In this document: positions 49,811-64,000 of the stretch, piece by piece | Layout of the letters: every line of letters starts with the position of its first letter | Position numbering within the stretch: position 1 is the first letter of the stretch | Assembly (NCBI RefSeq): GCF_009914755.1 | Contig: NC_060945.1 | DNA length: 64,000 bases | DNA from: the human T2T-CHM13v2.0 reference genome, Homo sapiens | Direction: 5' to 3' (one strand) | Notes under the pieces: model-generated | What the model saw: only the letters and a program-made list of their open reading frames with translations | Database searches by the model: none | What the model was told of the DNA's origin: nothing | Translations under genes and position numbers: made by a program

Positions 49811-49872
49811 ATGATACACCCCCTGAAGACTCCATTCCTTTGGTCTTTCCAGAATTAGACCAGCAGCTACAG
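49811..49872 (+). CDS. MAP3K7CL: MAP3K7CL internal coding exon (62 nt), (D)DTPPEDSIPLVFPELDQQLQ
   Basis: Acceptor ttccttgttttAG, donor CAG|GTAAGG; phases 1 and 0 match neighbours; resembles TAK1 SIPMAYLTLDHQLQ. Confidence 0.96.
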
Positions 49873-51311
49873 GTAAGGATTTTTCTAAAGTCTCTCTTCT
49901 TTCCTCCTTAGTGTCATAAAGTATAGCGAGCTGGGCAGAGAGTGGCCTGACTAGGGGAGACTGACTTGGACCCAGAATGTGGGGCTTTGAAGTCATCAAG
50001 GATTACATTTCTAGAGCTCCAAAGTCAGGCTGAAGCCCTCATGGAATGCCCCTGTCTGGTTATCTGGCTATGGCACCAGGACAGCAAGTGCTTATAGCAT
50101 AAACTGGCTCCTATTTTTAAGGGGTTCTGGAGCCTGGGAAAAGGACGGGTCCCTTCTCTACTTCGATATGGCTGTCTCTAGGTCATTGCATTTTTGGCTT
50201 GTCTGGGGTTAGTGATTTAGTGTTAAACTCTGCAGAGAAGACTTACCATGTTTGCCAAGACTTTGGAATAATCTTCCTTTCTCTGTTCCCTGCCCCTTCC
50301 CCAGTTCTCTGACAACTTTTAATGGAATATAACTATTTTAACTTAAACCTTCTGAAAATTGACTTGTTGGACCCATGACAAATTATTTTGTATATGTAGT
50401 TTCTGAGTGATCTGTTGAAAGATATTTTAATACACCAGAATTATTTGAAAGGAGCTCATTTATCACATTTTAATTTTCTTTAGATTATCCATGGTGATTC
50501 CAGGCAAAAATGGCTTTCAGAAGAGGTTCTGTCTAAAATACCAGGATACTGGCCTTGGGCCAGCCATTCACTTGAATACTTAACTTTGTAGTCACATTTA
50601 GGCAAGTCCAATAGGGGTCTTGAATCCTGTACACAGACATTTCTTAGTCACCACTTTTTTCTCCTAAATATTGATTTTGAAAGCCTTTAGGAGGGGTTTG
50701 TAACCTCCAGTTCCCAACAGGCCCTGACATACCCTATTATCTTACACACAGCAGCTTTTCCCATTTGTGGGTGTGCCTTGTGTCCTAACGTCATTTGAGT
50801 TTGGCATTCTTATTCCTGGACAGCCCTCAACAGAGGTGGAAGAAGAACCAAGAATGAGCCCTTCCGCAAGCCAAGATAGTGTTCCTTTTTGTTTGCTTCT
50901 GTTCTTACCTCAGTATGCAGAGCACTGTGTTAAAAACCTGGCAGCAACCAGGTCAGGTTTGAAGAGCTGGTGTTCTACTGCCAGGGTGGTCTCTAAAAAC
51001 CAACTGAGGGTGACTCAGGTGTGATCTGGCCGCTTGGAGGAGTCCTCATTCTCACCTTTGTAGCAGTCCTGGGCATTGTCTCAGCTTTCCAACAGAAAGC
51101 TGCTCAACAGAGCATTATCAGTTATGTAGGTATTACTGAAAATTGTATAGGAGGTCGGAGGGTTACACTGATCACCACACAGCTGTCAAAAGAGCTCTGT
51201 CGTCCCCTAAAATTTCCTCTCTAGCTATCAGCCATCACGTCTCCCTCTTTTTTCTATCCTCCATGCAGGGTTCTCAACCCAGCTCTCCTGGCTTCTAATT
51301 TTTAACCATAG

Positions 51312-51737
<426 letters not shown>

Positions 51738-51774
51738 TAGGTTCTGTTCTCACAGAGAGGCTGTCTATGTGCTG

Positions 51775-52154
51775 CTGGTGGTGTAATTGGGATTGCTATT
51801 GAAAGTAATGCCATTGGCCAGGTGCCGTGGCTCACACCTGTAATCCCAGCACTTTGGGAGGCTGAGGCGGGTGGATAAGACCAGCCTGGTCAATATGGTG
51901 AAACCCCATCTCTACTAAAAATACAAAAATTAGCCAGGTGTGGTGGCACACACCTATAGTCCCAGCTACTAGGGAGGCTGAGGCAGGAGAATCGCTTGAA
52001 ACCAGGAGGCGGAGGTTGCAGTGAGCCCAAGGTTGCTGTGAGCCAAGATCGTACCACTGCACTCCAGCCTGGGCAACAGAGCAAGACTCCGTCTCAAAAA
52101 AATAAAAAAGAAAGTAATGGCAAAAACTACAACTTCTTTTGCACCAACCTAATA
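51775..52154. mobile_element. MADE1 (Hsmar1 MITE) split by a sense AluS (51816-52110)
   Basis: Right TIR ATGGCAAAAACTACAACTTCTTTTGCACCAACCTAATA; left half degraded; Alu TSD GAAAGTAATG. Confidence 0.78.
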
Positions 52155-54067
52155 GCTATTTTTTCCCCTAGTCATATTTTTTCCTCTTTATTCTATGGTC
52201 ATGTCAAAGCTATTTTATTATCACGGAAATCAGGTGAAAATAAGGAGTAAACATATTTTGAAAATAAAACACTAAAAGCATATTCAGGCTATTGTTCTCT
52301 CATCAAATTATGGATCATTAATTCTACTTTTTTTGTGTTGGAACAACATTTTTTCCTTTGGGAACTTTAATGGTCTTCTCTGGCTCGTGGATCATTCTCC
52401 ACAAGACTCACAGTAGCTCTGGCAATTATCCAGATAATTTTTCTGTTAAAGCATTGCCAGGTCCATTTGAATTTTATAGCTTTAATTCCACTTGACATAT
52501 GTTAGAAATTAAGTCTATTTAATTATTTTATTCCAATGAAACTATTTCATCTTCATTGATCTTTAATGAATTAGGCAGTTGAGAGGGTAGTTTCTGGCTC
52601 ATGGTTTTGATTTTTTTTTCCCCCTTAAAGTATGATAGTGCTTTATCTCTTTGTGAATGGAGAGTGTGTTACCAGCAATACAACCAAACACATTTCAGTA
52701 AGTGCTTGTTTGTTGAATGAAGGATAGGAGTGAGTGTTACAAACATTTACCAGTTGTCAAGGCTTTTGGGTAGGGTTGCCTCTGTCTAGAGCTGTTGCCT
52801 GTTATCTTTGTTCTGTACTCCAGGGCGTGAGTGACTAAACAGCAAGACGATGATGGTTGGGAGGAGAAATCTAATAGAAGATGACATCTAAAAGCAGATT
52901 TTTATTTCTATACTTAGCGTAAGCATATACATTTAAGCCTTCTGTTGCAGGAAGTCTCTGTATTGAAAGCAGTGAAAATGCTTTATGTACAAAAGGAACA
53001 ATCTATTACACAGAGCAGGCCATCTTTATAGTCAGTCTCGTGTGCTTTCATTACACAGTAATGGCTCTTGGAATTTTATCGACTATCATCATCCACTATG
53101 GAAGAGTAAAAGTTGGATTACAAAGGCATATGAAGTGCCTTGTGGTTGCAACTATTTGCTTGAGAATGAATTGAGTCTTGATTACCTCTATCAGAGACTT
53201 AAACATTTTCTTGGTGGAAAATAGATGATGCTAGGTATTGTCAGCCCCGTTCTCTGCAAAACCTCGGATTTAAATCCCACCGAAGCCACTGAGTACCTAT
53301 TAGGCAAGGGGTGTTTCCCTACATATGATCTCATTTGATCTTTGCAATAATGAGTAAGCTAACTGTTTTGTCTCCACCTTACAGATGAGAAACTTGAGGC
53401 CAAATTTTGGTCTAAATACATTTACTATTCCCTTCTTTCCCTTACGCTTTTTAAGGAATATACAGGCTGCTTAAATTACTTTGATAGGTGGAAACTTTTT
53501 TTGTTTGTTTCTGGTTTGCAAGATTGCCATAATGTAGTTATAGAATAACCTTGTAAAATCTGTTCTGACTTTCTGATATCCATTACACATGCTTTGGTAG
53601 TTTATAAAATGCTGCTATAAAATAGCTATTTGGTAGACACTCAATCACTAATTTGACCCCCAGGATTTTTCTGTTGTTTTGCCAAGAATGTGGACAAGTT
53701 TGAGCATGTAATTTGCAGTGCTTCTATTTTCACAGAAGCCAAAAAAAGCCTTGTGCAAGAATAGCAGTGAAAAACATTTCTCTTGATGTCTCTATTAATG
53801 CAAAATATTGAGCAAGAGACCGCAGGAGAAGGTAGGTGTTAAAATGAATATCTCTTTATAATGTTCATTTGTGGGCCTTGGGCCTCTGTCCAGGAGTAGG
53901 TGGAAGGTCAGTTCTATTTGTGCAGATTCCTTTCTTGGGACTAGGTTTCTAAATTTCCCATGCCCATCAGGGACAGTATTTGAGTAGAGCTAGTGTAGAT
54001 GATATAGTCAGAAGAAAGGACGCCCAATTCTATGTCCATTTCTAAGAATGAATGAAAAATCACTATT

Positions 54068-54370
54068 CTCTTTCTTTTTTATGTTTTGAGACAAAGTCTT
54101 GCTCTGTCACCCAGGCCAGAGTGCAGTGGCATGATCATGGCTCACTGCAGCCTCGACCTCCCCAAGCTCAGGTGATCCTCCCACCCCAGCCTCTTGAGTA
54201 GCTGGGACCACAGGTGCATGCCACCACACCTGGCTAATTTTTGTATTTTTTGTAGAGATGGGGTTTTGCCATGTTGCCCAGATTGGTCTCAAACTCCTGT
54301 GCTCAAGGGATCTGCCCACCTCAGGCTCCCAAAATGCTGAGATTACAGATGTGAACCACCACACCCAGCC
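54068..54370 (-). mobile_element. AluJ
   Basis: J-diagnostic ATCATGGCTCACTGCAGCCTCGACCTCC. Confidence 0.9.
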
Positions 54371-56019
54371 ATTACTTTTCTTCAGGTCTCAGCTTCTTTC
54401 TGTTTGACTTGTCTCTCTCTGTTCTAAAAGATGGTGGCATCCTTTCATGGTCCCAGGGTTTGGGTCAAGACCAAGCCTGTCTTACTGCTTAAGCATGTTA
54501 TGTTTTTGGAACCATGATTTGACTTACACATGATCCAAAACTACGCTATAACGTGGTCTTAACTTCATTGGAATGAGAAATATGTTTTATTGTCAGGTAT
54601 AGGACATGATAACTAATAAGAATGACAATGACCAAGGCATGGGCATTAGCATTGGGTTGGCCTGGATTTGGATCTCAGCTAAATTTGTGATTTCCAGCAT
54701 GTTATTTACTCTCTTGAAAGCTCACTTTCCTCAACTGCAAAGTGGAGATAATGATATCAATCTCACATTGTTGTGGGAATTAAATACGGTAATGAGTAGA
54801 TCTAGCACAGTCCTTGACAAAATAATTGCTCAATTAATGTAAATTTCATTCTCTGGTGAAATTATTTATTGAATGAAATACTTAAGAATAAGTAATTTAT
54901 TTTTATTCATGTAAAATGAAATAAAAGCATCTGCTTGAATTTTTAAGTTAGGGATAGAAGTTCTGATGCCCTCTTCTTTTCATTAAGCCAAGGTGCTTCG
55001 AGAACAATATGACTTTTTTTTTTTTTAACCAAATTGAGCAATAGCTTCAATCCCTCCTTAAAGTCCTCCTATCTAATCTGAGATGACAGTGACAGGTGTC
55101 TCTGTGGTACACACTGAACTAACAGAGTCTGATAAGTCCAGAAACTGATGTCACCTCCACAAATAAACAATTTCGTAGCTTCAGTTGTGTACCATAATAT
55201 CCTGTTATCCGAGCAGCCTCTCCGAAAACTTCTTTTAGATTTTGCATCAATATATTGCTTGACATCTGGGAAATGAAAATGATAGAAAATGAAGAAGTCT
55301 AGCCTTCCAGGATTCTGCTACACTGGTCTTTAACATCCATCTGGAAATGTGGTTAGGGTATATTCTCATAGAAAGCACCAGACGTAGCTGACATTTTCTC
55401 TCATACACACATTGAAAAGTATTGTATACTGCAATTTTTCTTTGATTGCTGTGTCCACACAGAAAACATATATAGATACTTTGGAGCTTTTCAATAATGC
55501 CTTTAATTTTTTGTTTGTTTTGAGAAGCTCAGTTGTCATTTAGGTATGGCTTGTTCAAAAAGTTTGCTACTCTTGTGTTCTTTCTCCTTTTGATATTGTT
55601 TATGTCAACAGAAATGACTTAAATATACTTTACTCCAGTGTAACATGATGTATAAGTTCTGTAGTATAATTGATAGTGCTCAACTTGTACTGTAATGTAG
55701 ATACTATATAAATGTCATTTCTTAAAATATTTAAAGTTCTAAGATAATAGAGTTCTTAAATATCGAAATCAGCATGGACTGTGTTTTTCCTCTCAGTTTT
55801 AACAAACGATGCTTGTTAATTTTAAGACATTACAATGTAATGTAAATTTAAATCAGACACCCCCATCTTTCCCAAAAGTAGGTAACCCTGAGAATCAAGG
55901 AATAAATACAAAGAGTGCTCAGCGAGTGTAGAATGTTTAGCTTCCTAAATATATCTCCTGTGTGGGAAGCTGGGATAGGAAAATTAAATTCTGACATTTT
56001 TGAAGAGGATGGGGCCAGT

Positions 56020-56405
56020 AGTATTCGCAGAAGCCAAATAGAAAACGGAAACGCCCGAGCCGGCTTTGCTCCTAGCCGAGGGTGGCTTGGCTGGGTCCTT
56101 CCCCATGGGGTCTGTTCCAGGGAGTGGAATCCACTTCGGGAGGAGCTTGCTATGAACCGGCAAGCTCAGGCAGAGAGCAGAACAGCACCATAGCACCGTG
56201 TGGCTCAAGCCGGCATTCTTGGAACCGGACCCTGCGGTTTCTCTCTTACTTCATCTTGTTAAATCGGTCCTGATAATTGGGGCGGATACCAGAGATAGCA
56301 GCAGCTCCTTCACGCTGCACTGCCATGAAATATTAAGCCCTTGCGAGCTCCATCCTCAGGCGGCAGCGGGAGGAGGCGGAGATGGAGGAAAAGTGGGCGA
56401 GGAGG
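56020..56405. promoter_or_regulatory. Small non-repeat CpG-rich island, candidate intronic promoter or enhancer
   Basis: About 20 CpGs counted in about 380 bp; GC box GGGGCGGA near 56279; TGATAA at 56271 and AGATAG at 56293. Confidence 0.55.
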
Positions 56406-57729
56406 AAGTATCTCCTCCTGGGCTGTGACCTCACCCAAGCCCCAGTCTGTGTCTTGGAAACATGTGTTTCAAAGTTGGCTTGAGGCGCTGTTAGGAGAAG
56501 GTGTTAATTTCACCTCCTAAGAACTGGCTGCGTTGTATAGTAAACCAGATACGATGGCAGGGAGTGCATCTGAAAAGCTGCTGCTGTGACCGCACAGAAT
56601 TTGTGCTCTAGTACATTAGCAGTATCTTTATTCTTCAATTTATCAACTCAACTATCTTTGGATTCCTTTTCTTTGGAGTGCAATATTTCATTCTTTAAGC
56701 AGGAAGGTGGGATAAGTGTATCCAAAATTGGAGGATGTAGCATCATTGTGGAGAAAATAACAAGGGAATTTTTTTCCTCCTGATGTGAAAAATAATTAAC
56801 TATCAACATTAAGAGTTTATTTATCGTACATCCATTCCCAGCATGGGCTTATAACTATGAAAATCTCTCTGACAAGAATAGTCAAAATCAAGCAATGAGA
56901 ACTGAAATAGTGTTTCTTTTATTCCAAGAAGTTAATAGATGTTTTCTCATCTAGTTACCCACAGGTATTCTTTTAAGTTATTTTACAGTTTTTAATTTGA
57001 GCATGTGTTACATAAACCCACGTACAGCCAGTTAATTCATGAGTGCCAGTGTTTTACATGTCATGTTACTTAAGCGTACTGACACTCCATTTTTAAACTG
57101 GAAACCTGATTCTTGAATTCTAAGAATCGATTTCCTCAGGCAGAAGCTTGTGTTTGATTAATACTGTTGGCCATATATTGTCTCTTATTTTGAGGGATTA
57201 CCTCTCAAAAGGTAAGGTAAGAGAGGATTACCCTCAGTCAGGACCTGATGATACAACATACATACACACATTATATCACAAAGCAATGAGAGTTATTCCA
57301 TCCTACATGGAACAACACATCACATTATTCTATAGTGCCACTTTTTGTATTAGGTATAAAACCTGAATATCTTAATACTTGTATTCACCAGAATTCCTGC
57401 TGGGACAAGAACCATATATATTTAAGCAAATTCTTTGATCAGTTTCCTGGCTGGGGTAAATGGCCAATGATGTCAACTGCCCTCTAAGAACAGTAGATTC
57501 CGTTGACCGGAGAGCACTTTGATTTGCTCAACAATGTTTGGGGTTACCAGTGAATGGCTCGAGATTATAAAGGGGTGAGAAATTTGAAGTTCTCTGGGGA
57601 GAAATTTGGGAAAGAGCAAAAGATTAAGTACAAATGGAGTCAGCCTCTCCTAGGTAACCCTGGTAGCACTGCTTAGAAGATGGGCTAGAGACAGCAGAAA
57701 GGTTTAATGAAATAATTTTTTTTGCATTG

Positions 57730-57922
57730 ATTTTTTTCTTATTATGGGTAAAAACGCATATGGTAAAATTTACCATCTTAACCATTTCTAAGTGTACAGT
57801 TTGGTAGTGTTAAGTATATTCACATTGTTGTGCAACCGATCTCCAGAACTTTTTCATCTTGCAAAATAGAAAGTCTGTACCCATTAAACAACAATTCCTT
57901 ATTTCCCTCTTCCTATGGCAAC
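57730..57922 (-). mobile_element. L1MB-like 3' end fragment
   Basis: AAATTTACCATCTTAACCATTTCTAAGTGTACAGTT...TCTCCAGAACTTTTTCATCTTGCAAAA. Confidence 0.82.
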
Positions 57923-59515
57923 AAATGAGAGAATTTTACAATGTTTTGGTGGGTTATGCAATATAACCTTCCTCTTTACTTAAAAAATAGAAATCTATAT
58001 TGCTCTTTAATGTTTTCATACAAACTTGGAACATTTGAAGTGGTGCTGAGTTTTATGTCAAGTTGAAGGCTTAGTTTTTAGGATCCAGAGGCTGAAGTGA
58101 CCCCTGGAATCTTTGTACTCCCTGAAAACTGGATACAAAGTATTTTAGGCTTATTCTTTTTTGATTGTCCCTTCTTTATGATGGGAAGTCTTGAAAATAT
58201 TATTATGTATAGATAGCATGATCATGCTGCTGAAAGCACGTGTGGATATCTTGAAATATGTACTACCTATCATCACATATGCTTAGTGGCATGATCGCTC
58301 TACCTATAGATAACAACATCTTGAATTTCCCACAATTAAGAGGTGCCAGTAGTAAAAAAAGAACAAATGACAACATTTCCCACTTAGTAAAAATCATTAC
58401 AGGTGGTAAGCTGGGGGTGAGGCAGGGAAGGCCTCTCCCTTCTTAAGAAAGTTATTAATGTACTTTTCAGTTTTCCTTTTAAATTACAGCAGCAAAAGAC
58501 ATATCTCCCTTTACACGGCTGCTCTCTATGTTATCTTAAAGTTGTGAATCCTTTATGTAGAGTTCTAGAACTTTTTCGCTGCCACATAGTTAACTGTGCT
58601 GAATTCATGGTTCAGGTACCTACACGTACTGAGCTCTTGTTTCAACTGAGTATAGCCTGTGTGGTGTTTGTAAGGACAGGATCTGATGTGTAGAGTCTTA
58701 GGGCCTTCCAGGAGCAAATCCTTTAACAGGGCACAGATGATTCAACAGCTTGGCTATGGTGCCCAGAATAAATTGCTTTCATTCCCCTTACTGTTATACC
58801 TGGTAAGTTGCCAGTGTAACAGGTGAAAATTGATGAGTGGGTAGCGATTTCTGGGGCACAGACTGGAGGAGCCAGGAGTTCTGAATTCCTTTGGCAATAG
58901 CTTTATCTCATGGGGCGAGTTATACTGTAGTACTACTGTGCGTTATTTTTCAATTGAATCCCGTATAGAAAGGGATGATGGTTCCAACAGTCTGAGTTTA
59001 TGCTGTGAATGTGTTCATGGGCAGCAGAGAAAGGTGCTACCTAATATGATTATTATGAGATTTTCCATGAACTGGGACATAACAGATGTTCCACGTGAAG
59101 GTAAATTTGACCTAAATCTATTTAGAATTTTATTTCCTTTAAACATCTCTACTCAGAGGCCTCATGATACATAGGGAATGTCATCTTATCTATCAATCAG
59201 ACAGTAAACTTTATTGAATTTCTATTACATCATGGGAGGGATCACAGAAATAAATATGACACCCACAGAAATCTGTGTCCTTGAAGAATATAATGAGAGG
59301 AACAAATAGTAAAAAATTCATTAGTTCTCAATTTCCTAATATAAAATTAGTGACAATATGACCTTGTCAGATACATAGTTTATATATAGAGAGAGACCAT
59401 TGTGAAGAAAGGATAAGATTGAAGAGCCTATTTCACAATAAACTGATATTTCTCAGATTTTATTTACTTTTTTCTATATATAATTGAAAAGGGTGATTTA
59501 AAAAAAAACTCTTAA

Positions 59516-59788
<273 letters not shown>

Positions 59789-60558
59789 CCTAAAAGTAGT
59801 ACTTTTAATCACGCATTGCTAAACAAGAAATTAGAAAAATAAACTTGGGGAAAACTCGTTCTTTAAAAATAATTCCTAGAAGTAGGGTTTTCACCATGTT
59901 GCGGTCAGAAAGGCTTGCCACGCTGGCCTTTGCTTCTTTCATGGATGGGAGAAAAAGAGAAACATGAATCTTATAGGGATGGTTTTTTTTTAGGGGGAGG
60001 GAGATCCGGCCTTTCTTACAGGTTGCTTAATCCTTGCAAGCATTATTTCTGGCTCAGCATCTTTCTTTAGCCCAAATGCATTTCTCAGAAGAGAGCTTTT
60101 CTTCTCTACTCTGCAAGATGAGATTATACCTCCTGGCTACAGAAACAGAAAGCAAGGGATAATTGAAACAGACAACTGAACTATTTCCCCACCACTGCTC
60201 TTCTCTAAAGCAAAGTCTAAGATTTCCGGGGAGTACGGTAGAATCCTTTGGAGACTTATTTTTACTCCATCACAAGGCAGGTAACTGACATGTAATGGAT
60301 TTCAGGGCTCTGGCTCAGGCCTGAGATGCCCATGAATGACACTGGGAGATGAATGTGGAGACTATCTGTCCACCTCTCTATTTTCAGTCAAATAGAATCA
60401 GCTGAACTCTGTTGAATGTTGACTGACAATGCTGTTCTCACGTTAAAAAAAAAAAGAAGAAGAAAAAACCTTCGTTTAAAGAACATCAGCGAGCAAAATG
60501 GTTGGTAATTTATCCTGATGCAAAGAAATGGACTAATTTCTTCTTGTTGTTTGTGAAG

Positions 60559-60674
60559 CCCCTGCCGCCTTGTCATGACTCCGAGGAATCCATGGAGGTG
60601 TTCAAACAGCACTGCCAAATAGCAGAAGAATACCATGAGGTCAAAAAGGAAATCACCCTGCTTGAGCAAAGGAA
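60559..60674 (+). CDS. MAP3K7CL: MAP3K7CL internal coding exon (116 nt), PLPPCHDSEESMEVFKQHCQIAEEYHEVKKEITLLEQRK
   Basis: Branch-point-like CTAAT at 60533-60537, acceptor ttgtgaAG, donor AA|GTAAGT; resembles the TAK1 C-terminal PLAPCPNSKESMAVFEQHC segment; missed by the ORF track. Confidence 0.96.
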
Positions 60675-61605
60675 GTAAGTACCTACCCCCCTCACTCTAC
60701 ATCTGAGCACTGCCTACTGGGCAAGGACCAGGGGCAATGGGCAGGGGACAGGCTGAGTGTGAGGATGACAGGGAGGCAAGGGGGTTACAGCAATGATTCA
60801 AGTGGTGCTATTGGAGATTAAGTGCTTTATGGAGTAGCAAAAGGAATACCAGGAATGCTTCCTACTCAAAACTTAATTTTTTAAATAAGACATTTTAGTT
60901 CATGAAATTAAAAATGCCAAAATACCACCCAAAACCACACTATGTTTTCCGTAAATGTGCCCAGAGGCTGCAGAGCACTGTGGCTTGGTGTGAATTTTAA
61001 TTTCTGCTTAAATGATGGCATTCCCACATCACGTGAAGAAGCCACTGGGATAGCTCTTCAAAATAATGTAAACGTTTTAGTTAACTGACTACATTTTATA
61101 GTAGGGTAAGTTTTTATCTTGATAGCTTTTATTACTATTACAGTTCTGCTATAGGGAATTATACAGTTCTATTAATTAAAGCATTCTGATTTTACTCACT
61201 CATAACTTTTTGTTTCTGGATCCTTCTTTTTAATTGCACTTGATTCCGCCAGTGCCTACCCCAGTGAATCCCATTCTTTTATACTTGCAAAGCTTCAGAG
61301 TAGACACCTTTCCTTCACAGTACTAGCTGGTTGGGATTTCCCATTTATTAACGAGATATCTTGATTACTAGGATCTTTTGATTAGATCTCCTTTTGATTA
61401 CATCTCCTACTAGGTGGTAAGTGCCATAAAAGCACTGATAGTCAGGTGTTGTCACCATCAGATTCCTGGAGCCTGGTATGATATGTGGCACCTAGAGGCT
61501 GAGTAAATTATTGTTGATGTGTGAAACAGAACACAAACATATTGTGATTCTTTATTTCTTATATATCACGTGTCACCCTAATAAAAGGAAGGGGAGAAGA
61601 AATAA

Positions 61606-62046
<441 letters not shown>

Positions 62047-62181
62047 GTCAATATCAGCAATAAAGGGCTGCTAAGATGAATTGTTAAATTAGGAAATATG
62101 ATTATATCTTATATTTATAAATACATGAGGTTGGTTTTCCAAGGGTTATTAATGATTATTATTTTCATTAATATAGATATG

Positions 62182-62844
62182 AAATTTCATAAAGGAATTA
62201 AAGATTATTAATAATGTGACCAGTATTGAAGTCAAAGGAAGATTTATATAATCAATAGCCTGTGAATAAATGTATCTTCTGGTGTGTGTATGTGAAGTGT
62301 GGTGGTATAATAAAAATACACACACACACAAAATTTAATTTTTACAAAAAGCGAATGAAATATATTTTGTGTTGAGAAGTTTGTGAAATCCTTACAATTT
62401 TTTTGAGACTCCCAGAATGGTGGTCGGACAGTATAGCATGATGGTGGACAGTATGGGTTTTGGGGCCAGACTTCTGCAAAACCTCAGTTAGTACCTTACA
62501 AACCCTTCCTTCCTTGCTTGGTTTGCCATGCTTCAAACATAAAATTGTATCTAGACTTTTGGCTACAGGGGATTAAAAGATGTTTATTAGGAGGTCACAA
62601 ATACAAATTTTCTCTTCCATGTCTGACTATTTTCTTTTTGTTCTAAGAGTTTTGATAAAGTTGCTTGGAATACTCAGATTGCATGATTACACACAGTTGG
62701 AGTCCTACAAAAAATTTCATGAAGGAATTGAGGATTATTAATCATGTGATCCATATTGAAGTCAAAGAAGATCTATATGACGAATAGCCTGTAAATGTAT
62801 CTTCTGGTGTGTGTGTGTGAAGTGTGGTGGTATGATAGAAAAAT
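62182..62844 (+). repeat. Local direct duplication of about 135 bp (62182-62317 and 62712-62844)
   Basis: Visually alignable copies 530 bp apart. Confidence 0.9.
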
Positions 62845-63018
62845 CCTCAGTAATTATGTCTCTATTTATAAACTCTTCAGACTGAAGGTACTGGAGGACT
62901 TTGTTATTTAAATTAAATTTATGTGTAGCTTTTTTTTTTTTTGGAAATGCAATACTCATCCCCTAAATTACATGTTCTGTAAGTTTTTTTTATGTTGCAT
63001 TAAAAAAAATATGGTAGG

Positions 63019-63318
<300 letters not shown>

Positions 63319-63442
63319 TGATATGGTAGGATAATGACATGAGAGTGACTCCTATCTAATGTTTGAAACATATCCTTACTGTTTGCATTGAAAGCAATGA
63401 TAACTCTGGGTACCACTACAACAATATTAAAATGAAAAAAGG

Positions 63443-63757
63443 GGCCAGGCGCAGAGGCTCACGCCTGTAATCCCAGCACTTTGGGAGGAAAGGCAGGCGG
63501 ATCACCTGAGGTCAGGAGTTTGAGACTAGCCTGGCCAACATGGCAAAGCCCTGTCTCTACTAAAAATACAAAAAAATTAGTCGGGTGTGGTAGATAGCAC
63601 GTGCCTGTAATCGCAGCTACTCAAGAGGCTGAGTCATGAGAATTGCTTGAACCCAGTAGGCGGAGGTTGCAGTGAGCCAAGATCACGCCACTGCATTCCA
63701 GCCTGGGTGACGGAGTGAGACTGTCTCAAAAAAATAAAAATAAAAAATAAAAAAAGG
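63443..63757 (+). mobile_element. AluS
   Basis: Full dimer with A-rich tail. Confidence 0.92.
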
Positions 63758-64000
63758 AAAAGTCAACTTCTAGAAGTAACATGGCTAGCAGGCTAGTGGA
63801 GGTATTTTATACAACCTTCCAGACCACATACAAGTGGGCCGGACCCCCTCCTTAATTACTTATATGCCTGTGTGTGTTTCTGCAGAACTCATCTTGTTTC
63901 CTTCCCCAAAGTACTTGAAGTGTCTCCCTAAATAATTGGCTAGATGTAGGGCCAAGGCCAAATTCTTTCATTATATATATATATTTTCTTTTTCGTAAAG

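Overview
Primate (almost certainly human) genomic DNA from the MAP3K7CL (C21orf7, TAK1-like) locus, recognised from the translated exons. On the + strand there is a non-coding 5' exon ending at 31538 and three coding exons (33924-34032, 49811-49872, 60559-60674). These splice in frame to give MISTARVPADKPVRIAFSLNDAS/DDTPPEDSIPLVFPELDQQLQ/PLPPCHDSEESMEVFKQHCQIAEEYHEVKKEITLLEQRK; the last exon lies beyond the window. The rest is intron or flank. It holds about 40 Alus, MIR, L1M, MaLR and ERV1 solo LTRs, hAT and mariner MITEs, a full-length antisense RPL12 processed pseudogene, a Y3 RNA retrocopy and a 1.15-kb TGTA-rich tandem repeat. Nearly all ORFs in the supplied track are Alu or low-complexity artefacts. 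I see no multi-gene novel system. The best leads are all post-transcriptional or regulatory hypotheses: (1) a 5' leader that is open in the CDS frame except for one TAG, with a CUG candidate and uORFs; (2) a stop-free 171-nt exon 2-3 circle; (3) an orphan intronic CpG island; (4) a dense UGUA array upstream of exon 3. Repeat subfamily names and homologies are from memory of consensus sequences and were not computed. Repeat boundaries are approximate.
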